From Squalus acanthias (taxonomy: Eukaryota), in NCBI GenBank assembly GCA_030390025.1, contig CM059432.1:56112001-56176000 (forward strand): a DNA stretch of 64,000 bases, in the 5' to 3' direction. Positions 49,030 through 61,194 of the stretch are shown one piece after another (within the stretch, counting starts at the first letter, position 1; every line of letters starts with the position of its first letter). The notes under the pieces are model-generated. The model made no database searches. It was not told the origin of the DNA and saw only the letters and a program-made list of their open reading frames with translations. A program made the position numbers and the translations under genes.

Positions 49030-49285
49030 GGGCTCGATTTTAATTCCTGAGGTGGGTTGGAGTCGGGTTGCATGGTGGGCGGGTTCGGGAGCCGCTTCTG
49101 GCGGGAACAGCCGCAGAGTTGCAATTTTTATTAAAGTACCTTGTTAATTTCATGGAGGTGCACTGGCCGGTCCAATGAGTGGGATCGGGTCGGCTGGCCG
49201 CCTCTGATGACGTCATAATAGCAGCTGCTTTTAAAGCTGCCATCCTGCTTACTGCCTTCTCGCCCTCCCTTGCCTCCCATCCCAG
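49030..49285. mobile_element. Truncated Harbinger-type MITE related to family D
   Basis: Begins GGGCTCGATTTT (compare GGGCTGGATTTT at 52317); GGAGTCGGGTT motif; TGACGTCA; other end not found. Confidence 0.6.
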
Positions 49286-49473
49286 GAGTTATGTCTTTGG
49301 TATGTTGATTTTTCTATTGTTCTATACATGTGATCAATGCTTGATCTGATGAACCTAGAAGCATTTTCAAATCTACCACTAAACTTAATACAGTAATGGT
49401 CCATCCTTAACTGCAGACGTTAAGACTGTGTAACCTCAACTGAAATATACTCATTATTTTCAGACAACGTTAC

Positions 49474-49574
49474 CTTTTAAATTTGACCTGACCCTTCAGG
49501 TACTGAAACAATATCAAATACTGTAAAAGGATATGCCGTCTAAAGTTGCTGTCGTTCAGTTGTAGGTCCATCAG
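49474..49574 (-). CDS. THOC1: THOC1 exon
   Basis: 101 bp, AG/GTAAC; LMDLQLNDSNFRRHILLQYLILFQYLKGQVKFK(S). Confidence 0.97.
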
Positions 49575-50412
49575 CTAGCAATAAAAAAAAAATAAAGTCA
49601 GGACTTACAAGTGAAATTTTATGAACTCAAGTATGGCATGTGTGTTTTGGCAATCTTTCACTCCATTACAGTAGCCGTTGGAAAATATAGGTTGGGGGGG
49701 GGGGGGGGCGGCGGGGGGGAGAAAGAGTGGGCTGTAGACATCAATTGGCATACTGCATATTTAGTCCACTGCCATGGATGTGAATAACTGGAATAAAAAA
49801 GAGCATTCTGATCTGCAGTGTGAAACATTGGTACAGTAATGTGGAACTGAAAATACGTTTTAATTAAATCCATTTTTTAGGCATTTTGATACAAAGATAA
49901 ATTGATAGAAACTGTCAATATTGGCCAGAACATGCAGTGATATATTGCTACATGCTCATCCATGGGCTGCAAAAACTATTCTACTCCTAACTAAGCTATA
50001 TTAACCATTCACCAAAGAGGCTGCTGTAACAATAATACAGATTTCTGTATTCTACCTCATACAGTTTCGAAATAAGTAGAACTAAAAATGGAAGTTGTCT
50101 TTCCTTACCTAAATATAAAATTAAGATCAGAGGTGAATCAGAAACAGGACCAGGCCAGGTGGACCTGGAAGGAGTCGGCAGCAGAGGCGGCGGTACAAAT
50201 CCGGCGAATTCCAAAAGAACAGCAAAATCAAGGAGTGACGTTACAGAAAAGCAGGTAGGTGATCGGTGGGTGAGTACTGGCGTCTTTTTTCTCTAACTTA
50301 ACTAGATAAACTAATTAAGTTTATCCTAATATAGACTGGGACAGTAATAGTGTAAAGGGCAGAGAGGGGGAAGAATTTCTGAAGTGTGTTCAGGAGAACT
50401 TTCTTGATCAGT

Positions 50413-50570
50413 CCAAAGATGTGCGGGTTAGGTTGATTTGGCTATGATAAATTGACCCTTAGTGTTAGGGGGATTAAATACGTGGGGTTACGGGGATAGG
50501 GTGGGATATGTGTCGGTGCAGGCTCGATGGGCCGAAATGGCCTCTATCTGCATTGTGGGGATTCTGTGAT
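50413..50570 (+). mobile_element. 5'-truncated HE1-like V-SINE
   Basis: Reverse complement of 3234-3365; CR1 host reads through when removed. Confidence 0.85.
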
Positions 50571-52316
50571 ACGTTACCGGCCCAACGAGGAAGGAGGCAT
50601 TGCTGGATCTGGTTCTGGGGAATGAGGTGGGTCAAGTGGAGAAAGTATCAGTAGGGGAACATTTAGGGAACAGTGATCATAGTATCATAAGGTTTAGATT
50701 AGCTATGGAAAAGGACAGGGAGCAATCTAGAGTAAAATACTTAATTGGAGGAAGGCAAATTTCAGTGGGTTAAGAACGGATCTGGCCCTGGTAAACTGGA
50801 ATCAAAGATTGGCAGGCAAAACTGTAATCAAATAATGGGCTGCATCTAAAGAGGAGATGGTTCGGGTACAGTTGAGGTACATTCCCACAAGGGGGAAAGG
50901 TAGGGCAACTAAAGCCAGAGCTCCCTGGATGATGAAAGAGATAGAGACTAAGATGAAGCAGAAAAACAGCACATATGACAGATATCAGGTTGAGAATACA
51001 AGTGAGAATCAGGCTGAATATAGAAAGTTCAGAGGGGAAGTGAAAAAGAAAATAAGAGGGGCAAAGAGAGTATGAGAATTGATTGGCAGCTAACATAAAA
51101 GGGAATTTAAAAGTCTTCTATAGGCATATAAATAGTAAACGCGCAGTAAGAGGAGGGGTGGAGCCGATTAGGAACCAAAAAGGGGGCAGAGGGCATGACT
51201 GAAATACTAAATAAGTACTTTGCATCTGTTTTCACCAAGGAAGAGGATGCTGCCAAAGTCATAGTGAAAGAGGAGGTAGTGGAGATACTGGATAATATAA
51301 AAATTGATAAAGGGGAGGTATTAGAAAGGCCGTCTATACTTAAAGTTGATAAGTCACCAGGACCGGATGGGATGCATCCTAGGGTGCTGAGGGAGGTTAA
51401 GGAGGAAATCGCGAGGTACTGGCCATAATCTTCCAATCTTCCTTAGATACGTGGGTGGTGCCAGAGGACTGGAGAATTGCAAATGTTACACCCTTGTTCA
51501 AAAAAGGGTGTAAGGATAAACCTGGCAACTACAGGCCAGTCAGTTTAACCTCGGTAGAAGGGAAGCTTTTAGAAACGATAATCAGGGACAAAGTTAACAG
51601 TCACTTGGATAAGTGTGGATTAATTAAGGAAAGCCAGCATAGATTTGCTTCAGGCAAATCATGTTTAATAAACTTGATTGAGTTTTTTGATGTGGTAACA
51701 GAAAGGGTTGAAGGCGGCAATGCGGTTGCCGTGGTGTATATAAATTTCCAAAAGGCGTTTGATAAAGTGCCACATAATAGGCTTGCCAGCAAAGTTGAAG
51801 CCCATGGAATAAAAGGGACAGTGGCAGCATGAATACAAAATTGGCTAAGTGACAGGAAACAGAGAGTAGTGGTGAACGGTTGTTTTTCGGAATGCAGGAA
51901 GGTATACAGTGGTATTCCCCAGGTGTCGGTACGAGGACCACTGCTTTTCTTGATATATATTAATGATTTAGACTTGGGTATACAGGGCACAATTTCAAAA
52001 TTTAGAGATGACACAAAACTTGGAAGTATAGTGAACAGTGAGGAGGATAGTGATAGACTTCAAGAGGACATAGACAGGCTGGTGAAATGGGCAGGCACGT
52101 AGCAGATGAAATTTAACGCAGAAAAGTGAGAAGTGATGCATTTTGGTGGGAAGAACGAGGAGATGCAATATAAACTAAATGGTACAATTCTAAAGGGGGG
52201 TGCATGAACAGAGAGACCTGGGGGTATATGTGCACAAATCGTTGAAGGTAGCAGGGCAGGTTGAGAAAGCGGTTAAAAAAGCATACGGGATACTGGGCTT
52301 CATAAATAGAGATATA

Positions 52317-53053
52317 GGGCTGGATTTTGAATGACCCATGGAGTCGGGTTTGGAGGCGTGTGGGGGGTTAAATTTGCGGGGTCGGGGTTTCCGACCCTAT
52401 CCCGACTCCATCCCGCCTCCACGCAATTTTGACATAATCAGTCGCGGGGTTCCCGATTCCGTCCCGCCTCCAAGAGGCGGGAGAGGCCATTAAAGCCCTT
52501 AACAAGCTCTAAATTGGCTCTGTAATGCCATTTTGAAATGCTGTAGCTAGTTTAACCCTCTTCTGACGTGAAGCACGCCTGGTGTGAAACACTCCAGTGA
52601 AACCTGGCGGGAGCACAAGTGGATAGCTGACTATCGGCTGCAAGTCCACTATTACAACGGAGATGTGATGAAGTAGCATTAGGTCTGAACATTGCCTCTG
52701 ATGCTGCTGCATTGAATGTCTTCAGAGACTGCCTGGGAGGACTTACTTAGCAAAAAAATTCTCTCTCTCTCTCTCTCCTCCCCCATTTGTCATCCAGGTC
52801 CACTCACATCAAAAGCCAGGCAAGTCCTCTCTCACCAACAGTCTCTGAGACTAGGCAGTCAGTAATGATGACATCATCAGAGGCGACTTTCAGACTGAAA
52901 ACACTAATTAGTTCATGGGTTCCCACATGCTCCAACTCAATTGCCCAATTAAGTGAAAATTGCATCAGGCACCCACATTAATCTGGAGTCGGGGGGGAAA
53001 CACGAAATGCGGATTACACGACCCCAACCCGACCCCAAGACAAAATCCAGCCC
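52317..53053. mobile_element. Harbinger-type MITE, family D
   Basis: Perfect 13-bp TIR GGGCTGGATTTTG / CAAAATCCAGCCC; 3-bp TSD ATA; CR1 host rejoins. Confidence 0.9.
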
Positions 53054-54439
53054 ATAGAGTACAAAAGCAAGGAAGTTATGAACCGCCTTTATAAAACATT
53101 GGTTTGGCCTCAACTGGAGTATTTTGTCCAATTCTGGGCACCGCACTTTAGGAAGGATGTGAAGGCCTTAGAGAGGGTGCAGAAAAGATTTACGAGAATC
53201 ATTCCAGGGATGAGGGACTTCAGTTACGTGGATAGATTGGAGAAGTTGGGGTTGTTGTTCTTAGAGCAGAGAAGGTTGAGAGGAGATTTGATAGAGGTAT
53301 TCAAAATCACGAGGGGTCTAGACAGAGAAACTGTTCCCATTGGCAGAAGGGTCAAGAACCAGAGGACACAGATTTAAGGTGATTAGCAAAAGAACCAAAG
53401 GCAACATGAGGAAAAACTTTTTTACGCAGCGAATTGTTGGGATCTGGAATGCACTGCCTGAAAGGGTGGTGGAGGCAGACTCAATTGTGGCTTTCAAAAG
53501 GGAATTGGATAAGTATCTGAAGGAAAAAAATTTGCAGGGCTACGGGGAAAGGGTGGGGGAGTGGGACTAGCTGAAATGCTCTTGCAGCGAGCCGGCATGG
53601 GCTCGACGAGCCGAATGGCCTCCTTCTGTGCTGTAACCATTCTATGATTGATTGATCATGAAATTAGTCAAGATATGGGGGCTTTGTTCCAGGTGCTAAT
53701 TAAATTGTACTTGGCTATGGTTATTAACAAGTACTTGGAAACTAGACCACATATGAGCAACTGCTCACCATCATTTCATTCAATCTTACACCATTGTGCC
53801 TTTAATCAGAGATAATAGCCAAGTCTGAAATCAGAGGCTTTGGCACAAATTATATATTGAGGAGCTCTCCTATGGCTTTGGTGTTGGCTGTAGATTTAAA
53901 CTCCATGGACTGAAGTTTGCATTGTTCACATACACCAGTACATTGTGCAAGTTCACAAAAGTCTTGTCACTTATCCAATGGTGTAACAAATCTATTGTAA
54001 AAAAAAACATTTTATGCCTACATGGACTGATTCTAATTTTGTTTTTAAATACTGTGCTGATTCTGTACCTTGCTGCACCAGTTTGCTGCTGTGCTTGAAT
54101 TAACCTGTAAATAAATCTGACCAAGTAGTTTTAGCCGATATGTGATGGTCTGTCACTGCACATTTTCCACCTTTTGAGAGACAGGAGAACATCACAGATA
54201 TCCTACAAAATCTCTAGTATATTATATATTGTAATTGGTAAGTGTATTAATCGTGGGCATGCTATTCTATACACAATGCGTATAAAATTTTGTATCATAG
54301 GAAACTCAGTCTGCTTATGGAAGCCACGAGAAAAGGAAGTAGAGATAAAAGCCATCGGTTGCGAGTACATTTCATATCCAAATGAATAGTAAATCCAATA
54401 ACCAAAAAACATTTTGTGAAGAACTACAAAAAAAATTAC

Positions 54440-54574
54440 CTTTTCACTGGTCAAGAATTTAGCAAAGTACACATGTTCCTCCCCTGGAGGTTTTAATTCT
54501 TCCTGCTTCTTCTTTGAAGCCTGCATATCATCTAGTTTGTAGCTTCTGAAAACATCCAACACTTCATCTGAATG
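54440..54574 (-). CDS. THOC1: THOC1 exon
   Basis: 135 bp, AG/GTAAT; HSDEVLDVFRSYKLDDMQASKKKQEELKPPGEEHVYFAKFLTSEK. Confidence 0.97.
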
Positions 54575-55349
54575 CTGTAAAATAAATTTACATAAGTGGG
54601 TTAAAACAAAGACCGTCAGATTATACGGGATCATGAACATTTTACAAACATAAAAAGAGGCACTTTACTCCATTATGTAGACTCATCATAGGTTGTATGC
54701 TGAAATTAATTAACAAAAGACAAACTGAATAGGACACATTTAAATCATCAGTTTTGAATGTTCTGTATGTCACTGCACAATTTAACACCATCATCTATTT
54801 TTAATTTGTACCAACTTATGTATGTCCTGGTCAAGCAGGGGTCAACCCTTAATTCTAAATCTGAAAATCATAATTCAGTACCCTGTGAACTTATCAATAT
54901 TTTAACAACTGTCCAACAACTGAAGTATCCTCAGCCTGGCTATTACATGTAGTAATATGTCGCAGGGAGGCATTTAATCATTGGGGTGATCGGGTGGCTA
55001 ATTCACAGCAGCAATACTGATTGACATTCATGAATTAGATCAGCTGTTATCATCGAGCACAGCTGCTTTTCCATTAGGGTCTTTTGCACCACTGTAAACC
55101 TGGCAGATTTTCCTAGACACCAGCCTTAAAATCAGTATGCTTATTGTAGCTGGCAATTGTGCAAGACCCAAGCTTCAGGAACAGTTGGGGCAAATATCTC
55201 AGTGACACCAAGTATACAATTACAGGACCTCTGGGAATTGTAACAATCTAACACTGTCCCTTGGTGAGTAAGGATTTTTTTAAAAACACAAGCGTAACTG
55301 AAGAGCTTTTTGGAGATACAGTTGCATCATGTTAATGAATGGATTTTAC

Positions 55350-55458
55350 CTTCAAAAATGTTTTCCAAGAAATCTTCTCATAACATTGTAATGGATTTCT
55401 GAAAAAGTCCTGGAGTGACCAAAACTTCCGGTATAGGTTGTAATCAATAGGAACAGAG
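55350..55458 (-). CDS. THOC1: THOC1 exon
   Basis: 109 bp, AG/GTAAA; (C)SVPIDYNLYRKFWSLQDFFRNPLQCYEKISWKTFLK. Confidence 0.97.
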
Positions 55459-56019
55459 CTATTTAAAACAAAAAAAAACAATGTAAACATTGACAGTAAA
55501 CTATTAAACTGGGGTTTTGTAAGTGACAAGAGTGGAATACTATTTAGGATATGCAAGCCTGTGAAGCAGTTAACAAAAACTCGATCACTTGATTCAATTG
55601 TGACAGCCAGCAGCCAATTTGAAATGGGCTTATAAGCATTAAGAAATAAAGATACCTATAAAGAATGAAACACAATAGCCTATAAAGCAAAATACATAAA
55701 GATGGAGTTAATTGTTACATATTTAAGATAATTTCCATAACCCTAAGAGCAACAGTTCAGTTGTCTCATCATATCCTTGGAATTCAGCAGATTTTCATTA
55801 CAATAATTTTTTTTGCCCTAAAGGCACATTGACAATATTCGGTCTATATTTTTATGAATATACTTCAAGTTTCTAGCTACTATAGTGGAAGTTGGTAAAA
55901 AAATTGTTTAGGACCACATACAGTCCAGTGCTTGCTTGTTTACTAGGAATGATTGAATGAAGGAAATATTTTGCTTTCTATGAAACATTCTTGCTAATGT
56001 TAAAATGTTTCACTGAAAA

Positions 56020-56830
56020 TCAGCAAAGTTATGTTAAACTTGCAGAGAACCTTGGTTAAACCACACTTGGCGTACTGTACAGTTCAGGTCTCCGTATTAT
56101 AAAAGGATATAGAGGCACTGGAGAAAGTGCAAACAAGATTTACAAGGATGATACCAGAACTGAGAGGTTATTACTATCAGGAAAGATTGAATAGGCTGGG
56201 ACTCTTTTCACTAGAAAAGGTCTGGAACTCACTGCCTGAAAGGATGGTTGAAGCAGAAACCCTCATTGCATTTAAAAGGTACTTGTCTATGCACTTGAAG
56301 TGCCGTAACCTACAGGGCTACGGACCAAGAGCTGGAAAGTGGGATTAGGCTGGATAGCTCTTTTTTCAGCAGGCACAGACACGATGGGCCGAATGGCCTC
56401 CTTTTGTGCCGTAAATTTCAATGATTCCATATGACTGAGGGATGACCTAATAGAGGTCTTTAAAATTATTAAGGGATTTGATAAGGTAGATGTAGAGAAG
56501 ATGTTTCCACTTGTGGGGCAGCCCAAAACTAGGGGCCATAAATATAAGATAGTCACCAAGAAATCTAATAAAGAATTCAGGAGAAACTTCCTTACCCAGA
56601 GAGTGGTTAGAATGTGGAACTCACTACCACAAGGAGTAGTTGAGGCGAATAGCATAGATGCTTTTAAGGGGAAGCTAGATATGTGCATGAGGGAGAAAGG
56701 AATAGAGGAATATGCAGATAGGGTTAGATGAAGTAGGGTGGGAGGAGGTTCGTGTGGAGCATTAACACCAGTACGGACCAGTTAGGCCGAATGGCTTGTT
56801 TCTGTGCTGTATATTCTATGTAATTCTATG
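56020..56830 (+). mobile_element. CR1 3' fragment with a nested CR1 tail (~56219-56430)
   Basis: RFTRMIPELRG and RVVRMWNSLPQ motifs; two distinct CR1 tails. Confidence 0.88.
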
Positions 56831-56949
56831 TTTACATTCAACAACAACTTTTATACAAATTAAGTTTAAACACACATGCACTAAGTTAGGCCCGAGTATG
56901 GTTTGTTTCTGCAGTTCTCCGAGGTTAATAAAAAGTTAGAGTTCTGTAC

Positions 56950-57023
56950 CAAGTTGTAGGAGGCTCCTCATCACCCGTCTCTCCTTCTTCAACTTCCATT
57001 CCATCTTCTCTATCTTCTGTGTG
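56950..57023 (-). CDS. THOC1: THOC1 exon
   Basis: 74 bp, AG/GTACA; HTEDREDGMEVEEGETGDEEPPTT(C). Confidence 0.96.
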
Positions 57024-57132
57024 CTGCAAATTCTCAAAATATATCAAAATTATTAAAAATCACACAAATATATAACAATATTCTGAGTGGTATACAGCTC
57101 AATAGGGGTTTCTCACCCCAGTTAACACTCAC

Positions 57133-57215
57133 CTTCAGCCCCAGGGTACTATCCTGTTCATTAGTGTTAAACACAGTGACATTTTCCAAGTTAAACTGGC
57201 TTTGCAAATTGAGCC
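57133..57215 (-). CDS. THOC1: THOC1 exon (most 5' exon found in the window; gene continues beyond 64000)
   Basis: 83 bp, AG/GTGAG; (G)LNLQSQFNLENVTVFNTNEQDSTLGLK. Confidence 0.96.
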
Positions 57216-58009
57216 CTGAAATAAAACACACAGATCAAAGGCTTACAACAATAAACTAGATCAGTGATGCTGAACCTTTGACACTTGTGGCTACTTCTTG
57301 TGGCACAGCTCTAAAATATTTTTTTTCATAACATGTTGATTGTGTGGAGACGACCAGGTAAAGCACCGACTAGGGTGGGGGTGAAAATAGTGTTAATGGA
57401 GCAGAGAGAATCACACCAACTGTGTCTAGTTTTTATTCTCAGATCAAAAGGACTTAATGTTGTTTCCTTCTCCCCCCGGCCCCCCCCCACTCCTTGATAT
57501 TGAGAGGCCAACATTTAGATTGCCGGAGGAGTTGTCATAATATCAGTAGCACCCAGAGCATGCAAAAAGCAAAGAACATCCACGTACAAGCAGCAAGGTA
57601 CATAAGAGTTACAATTTAAAAAGGTAGGAACATGCTTGAGTACAAAAAGACTAAGGAGCTAAGAGAATCTAATAAGAGTGAAAAGTCAAAAGAAGTTAAT
57701 ACAAAAGTAAATGGAATGGAATAGTTAGAAGAAAAACACAGTAAAGTAAAAGGAGAGAAGCTGTATTGAGCACAACGGAGTAAGAGAAACCAAGCAAAAA
57801 TTTAAAAAAGACTATTCTTGAACAGGGCGGGGGGGGGAAAGAGAGAATGAAATAGGAATCCAACAAAGACAAAAAGGAAGGGAAGGCCAAAAATGCTGAA
57901 GAAAAAACAGCCTGGTCTTTTAAAAAAAGCTAACTGCTGAAAACAAGGAGGAGCGGTGATAACTGCAGACGGAAATTGAACCAACTTAAAAGTGAAAGCA
58001 ACAGTCTAT

Positions 58010-60050
58010 GTGTATTATATAGGATATACGGCACAGAAACAGGCCATTCGGCCCAACCAGTCTATGCCGGCATTTATGTTCCACTCGAGCCTCCTCCCAT
58101 CTTTCCTCATCTAACTCTATCAGCATAACCCTCTATTTCCTTCTCCCTCATATGCTTGTCTAGCCTCCCCTTAAATGCATCTATACTATTCGCTTCAACC
58201 ACTCCCTGTGGTAGTGAGTTCCACATTCTCACCACTCTGGGTAAAGAAGTTTCTTCTGAATTCCCTATTTAATTTCTTGGTGACTTATATTGATGGCCTC
58301 TAGTTTTGCTCTTCCCCACAAGTGGAAACACTCTCCCCGTGTCTGCTCTATCGAAATCTTTCATAATTTTAAAGACCTCTGTTAGGTCACCCCTCAGCCT
58401 TCTCTTTTCAAGAGAAAAGAGACCCAGCCTGTTCATCCTTTCCTCATAGCTACAACCTCGCATTTCTGGTATCATCCTTGTAAATCTTTTTTGCACCCTC
58501 TCCAGTGCCTCTATATCCTTTTTATAATATGGCGACCAGAATTATAGCAGTACTCCAAGTGTAGTCTAACCAAGGTTCGATACAAGTTTAGCATAACTTC
58601 ACTACTTTTCAATTCTATCCCTCTAGAAATAAACCCTAGTGCTTGCTTTGCCTTTTTTATAGCCTTATTAACCTGTGTTGCTACTTTTAGTGATTTGTAC
58701 TCCAAGATCCCTTTGCTCTTCTACCTCATTTAGATTCTTATATTCCGAGTAATATGTGACCTCCTTATTTTTCTTACCAAAATGTAATACCTCACATTTA
58801 TCTGTGTTGAAATTCACTTGCCAATTATATGCCCATTCTGCAAGTTTATTAACGTCTTCTTGTAATTTGTTGCAGTCCTCTTCACTATTGACTATTCCAA
58901 CCCCCCAAAAAAAAATTTGGGGTCATCTGCAGATTTAAAAATTGTGTTTGATTCCAAAGTCTAAATCGTTAATATAAATTGTAAACAACATTGGTCCCAG
59001 CACTGATCCTTGTGGGACCTCACTTTCTACCTTCTGCCACTTTGAATAGCTACCCTTTACCCCTACTCTCTGCTTTGTCTTGAAGCCAGCTAGCTATTCA
59101 TTCTGCTACTTGTCCCCTAACTCCACATTCTCTGACCCTATTCATTAGTCTATTATGTAGTACCTTATCAAAGGCCTTTTGAAAATCTAGATAAATTACA
59201 TCTACAACATTACCCTTGTCTACTCTCTCTGTTACCTCTTCAAAGAATTCAATGAGGTTAGTCAAGCAAGACTTTCCCTGGTAAATACTGAAGCAAAGTA
59301 ATTCTTTAATAGTTCTGCTATTTTGCTATCACTGCCTGTGATTTTATCATGACCGTTCCTTAGTGGCCCTATTCCCATCCTGACTTTCCTTTTTTTATTT
59401 ATGTCCCTGTAGAATATTTTACTATTTTGTTTTATGTTTCTTGATAATTTAATTTCATAGTTCCTCATTGCTTTCCTAATTGGTTTTTTTTGGCTTCTCT
59501 CCTAATCTCTTTGTATTCTCTCTTGTCATGCTCTCCCCTGCTGTCCATGTACTTAGTGTATGCCTCTTTCCTTACCTTCAATTTTTCCCATATGTCTTTA
59601 TTCATCCATGATGTCTCATAGTGTTTAGCTTGTTCTTGTAGTTTTTTAGTGGAATATATTTTTCCTGGACTCTACTGAACATCATTTTAAATGTTTCCCA
59701 TTGCTGTTCTACAGCATTGTTTGGCAATATTGCTGTCCATTTTATTTTCCCAAGTTCTATTCTCAGCCCTTCAAAATCAGCTTTTCTCCAATCTATTACC
59801 CTGGTCTTCATCATACTTGTGTCCTTCTCAATTATTATCTTAAAGCGTATTATATTATGGTCACTATTGCCTACTTTTACTTCTCTTATCTGCTCTGGTT
59901 CATTCCAGATCTAGTAGCAAATCCTCCTTTGTCAGGCTTCTTACATATTGGGTTAGAAAGGAGTCCTGTACACATTGCAGGACCTCAATTCCATTATCCC
60001 CTTTACCTACCTCTTCTGTCTAATTAATTTCAGGGTAGTTGAAATCCGGC
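58010..60050 (-). mobile_element. Decayed CR1 with an internal deletion near 59280
   Basis: ORF2 remnants 58269-58705, 59262-59468, 59602-59814. Confidence 0.88.
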
Positions 60051-60544
60051 AGGTATGTGCACAGAACAAGAACTAACATTTAAAATTGTAAGACTTTGAC
60101 AGCTATCTTTGAGACTAAAGCAGCAAAGTTATTTAGAGCAGGGAGAGAGATTGCTTGAGTGTCTGGAGTGGTAAGATATACGTGGAATGTGTAACACCCA
60201 AGATCAGTTAACATACTCCTTATTCTGCCATTATGTTTAAAGATTATAATACATTTTGAGCTGCATTCTCTACTAATAAACAAAGTGCTGAGTGCAAACA
60301 GGAAGAATGGATCTTGCAATAATGACATTTGTAATGAACACACGCACTCTTTATGAACTGGAACAAAAAAAGATACAAACTGTTAATTATCAATATTAAA
60401 ATTAAGTTCAGATCCCTGCTAAAAGATCCTATTTGTTCTTAACAGAAACCAATTAGATAAACAATAAGAATGATAGCTGTAGAAATTAAAATAGTTGAAT
60501 TACTATTTTTTCTCTATTTGTTGCATTTAAAGTTTTAATTTCGA

Positions 60545-60915
60545 TCAGTTGGTGGCACCCCCACACCTCAAGTCAGAAGGCTCACACTCCACACCAACAA
60601 CTGAGCATATAAACTTGGCTGGCACTTCAGTACAGACCGAAGAAGTGCTGCATTGCAGAGATACCATCTTTCAGATGAGATATTAAAACGATAGCCTGCC
60701 TGCCTGTCTGCCTGCTTTGGTAGATGCGCTTGGCCCTAGCCAAAACTGCTTCCTCACCACCAAAGTATAGACTTCCTTTTTGCTGTTTATGGAACCTGGT
60801 TGTGCACAAACTGGCTGCCATGTTTACCTACATAATAACAGTGATTATACTTCAAAAGTAATTCATCGTCTAAGTGCTTGGGATGCTCTGAGGACATCAT
60901 AAGGCACATTATAAA
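60545..60915 (+). mobile_element. Deu-domain SINE
   Basis: CTTTCAGATGAGATATTAAA...TGTGCACAAACTGGCTGCCATGTTT...AAGTGCTTGGGATG. Confidence 0.7.
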
Positions 60916-61194
60916 TTCATGTTCTCTCAGTAATAAAATCTAGTGAACCTACCGTCTTGCTGCTCACTTTACATCAGATGATCTTTTTATAAGGACCAAT
61001 TATACAATGAAAAGCATGTTGCTTAATTCTGCTGCTAAAGTGCAGGTATATTTTCCTTTAAGGCTACAAGATGTAATTGCTCTGCATTCTTGAAATGAAT
61101 GCTCAGGCTGCAGATGAGAGAGAACACTGGCTGCTTTTGTGGGAAGGTCAATTAAGAAGCTGTAGACATTTTCGCTCGATTTGCATTACATGAT

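Larger units (their letters stand above)
50130..53650 (+). mobile_element. CR1 LINE with probable 5' end, internal deletion and two nested insertions
   Basis: YPNIDW APE remnant from ~50322, RT motifs 51455-52102, 3' end ~53645; insertions 50413-50570 and 52317-53053. Confidence 0.88.
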
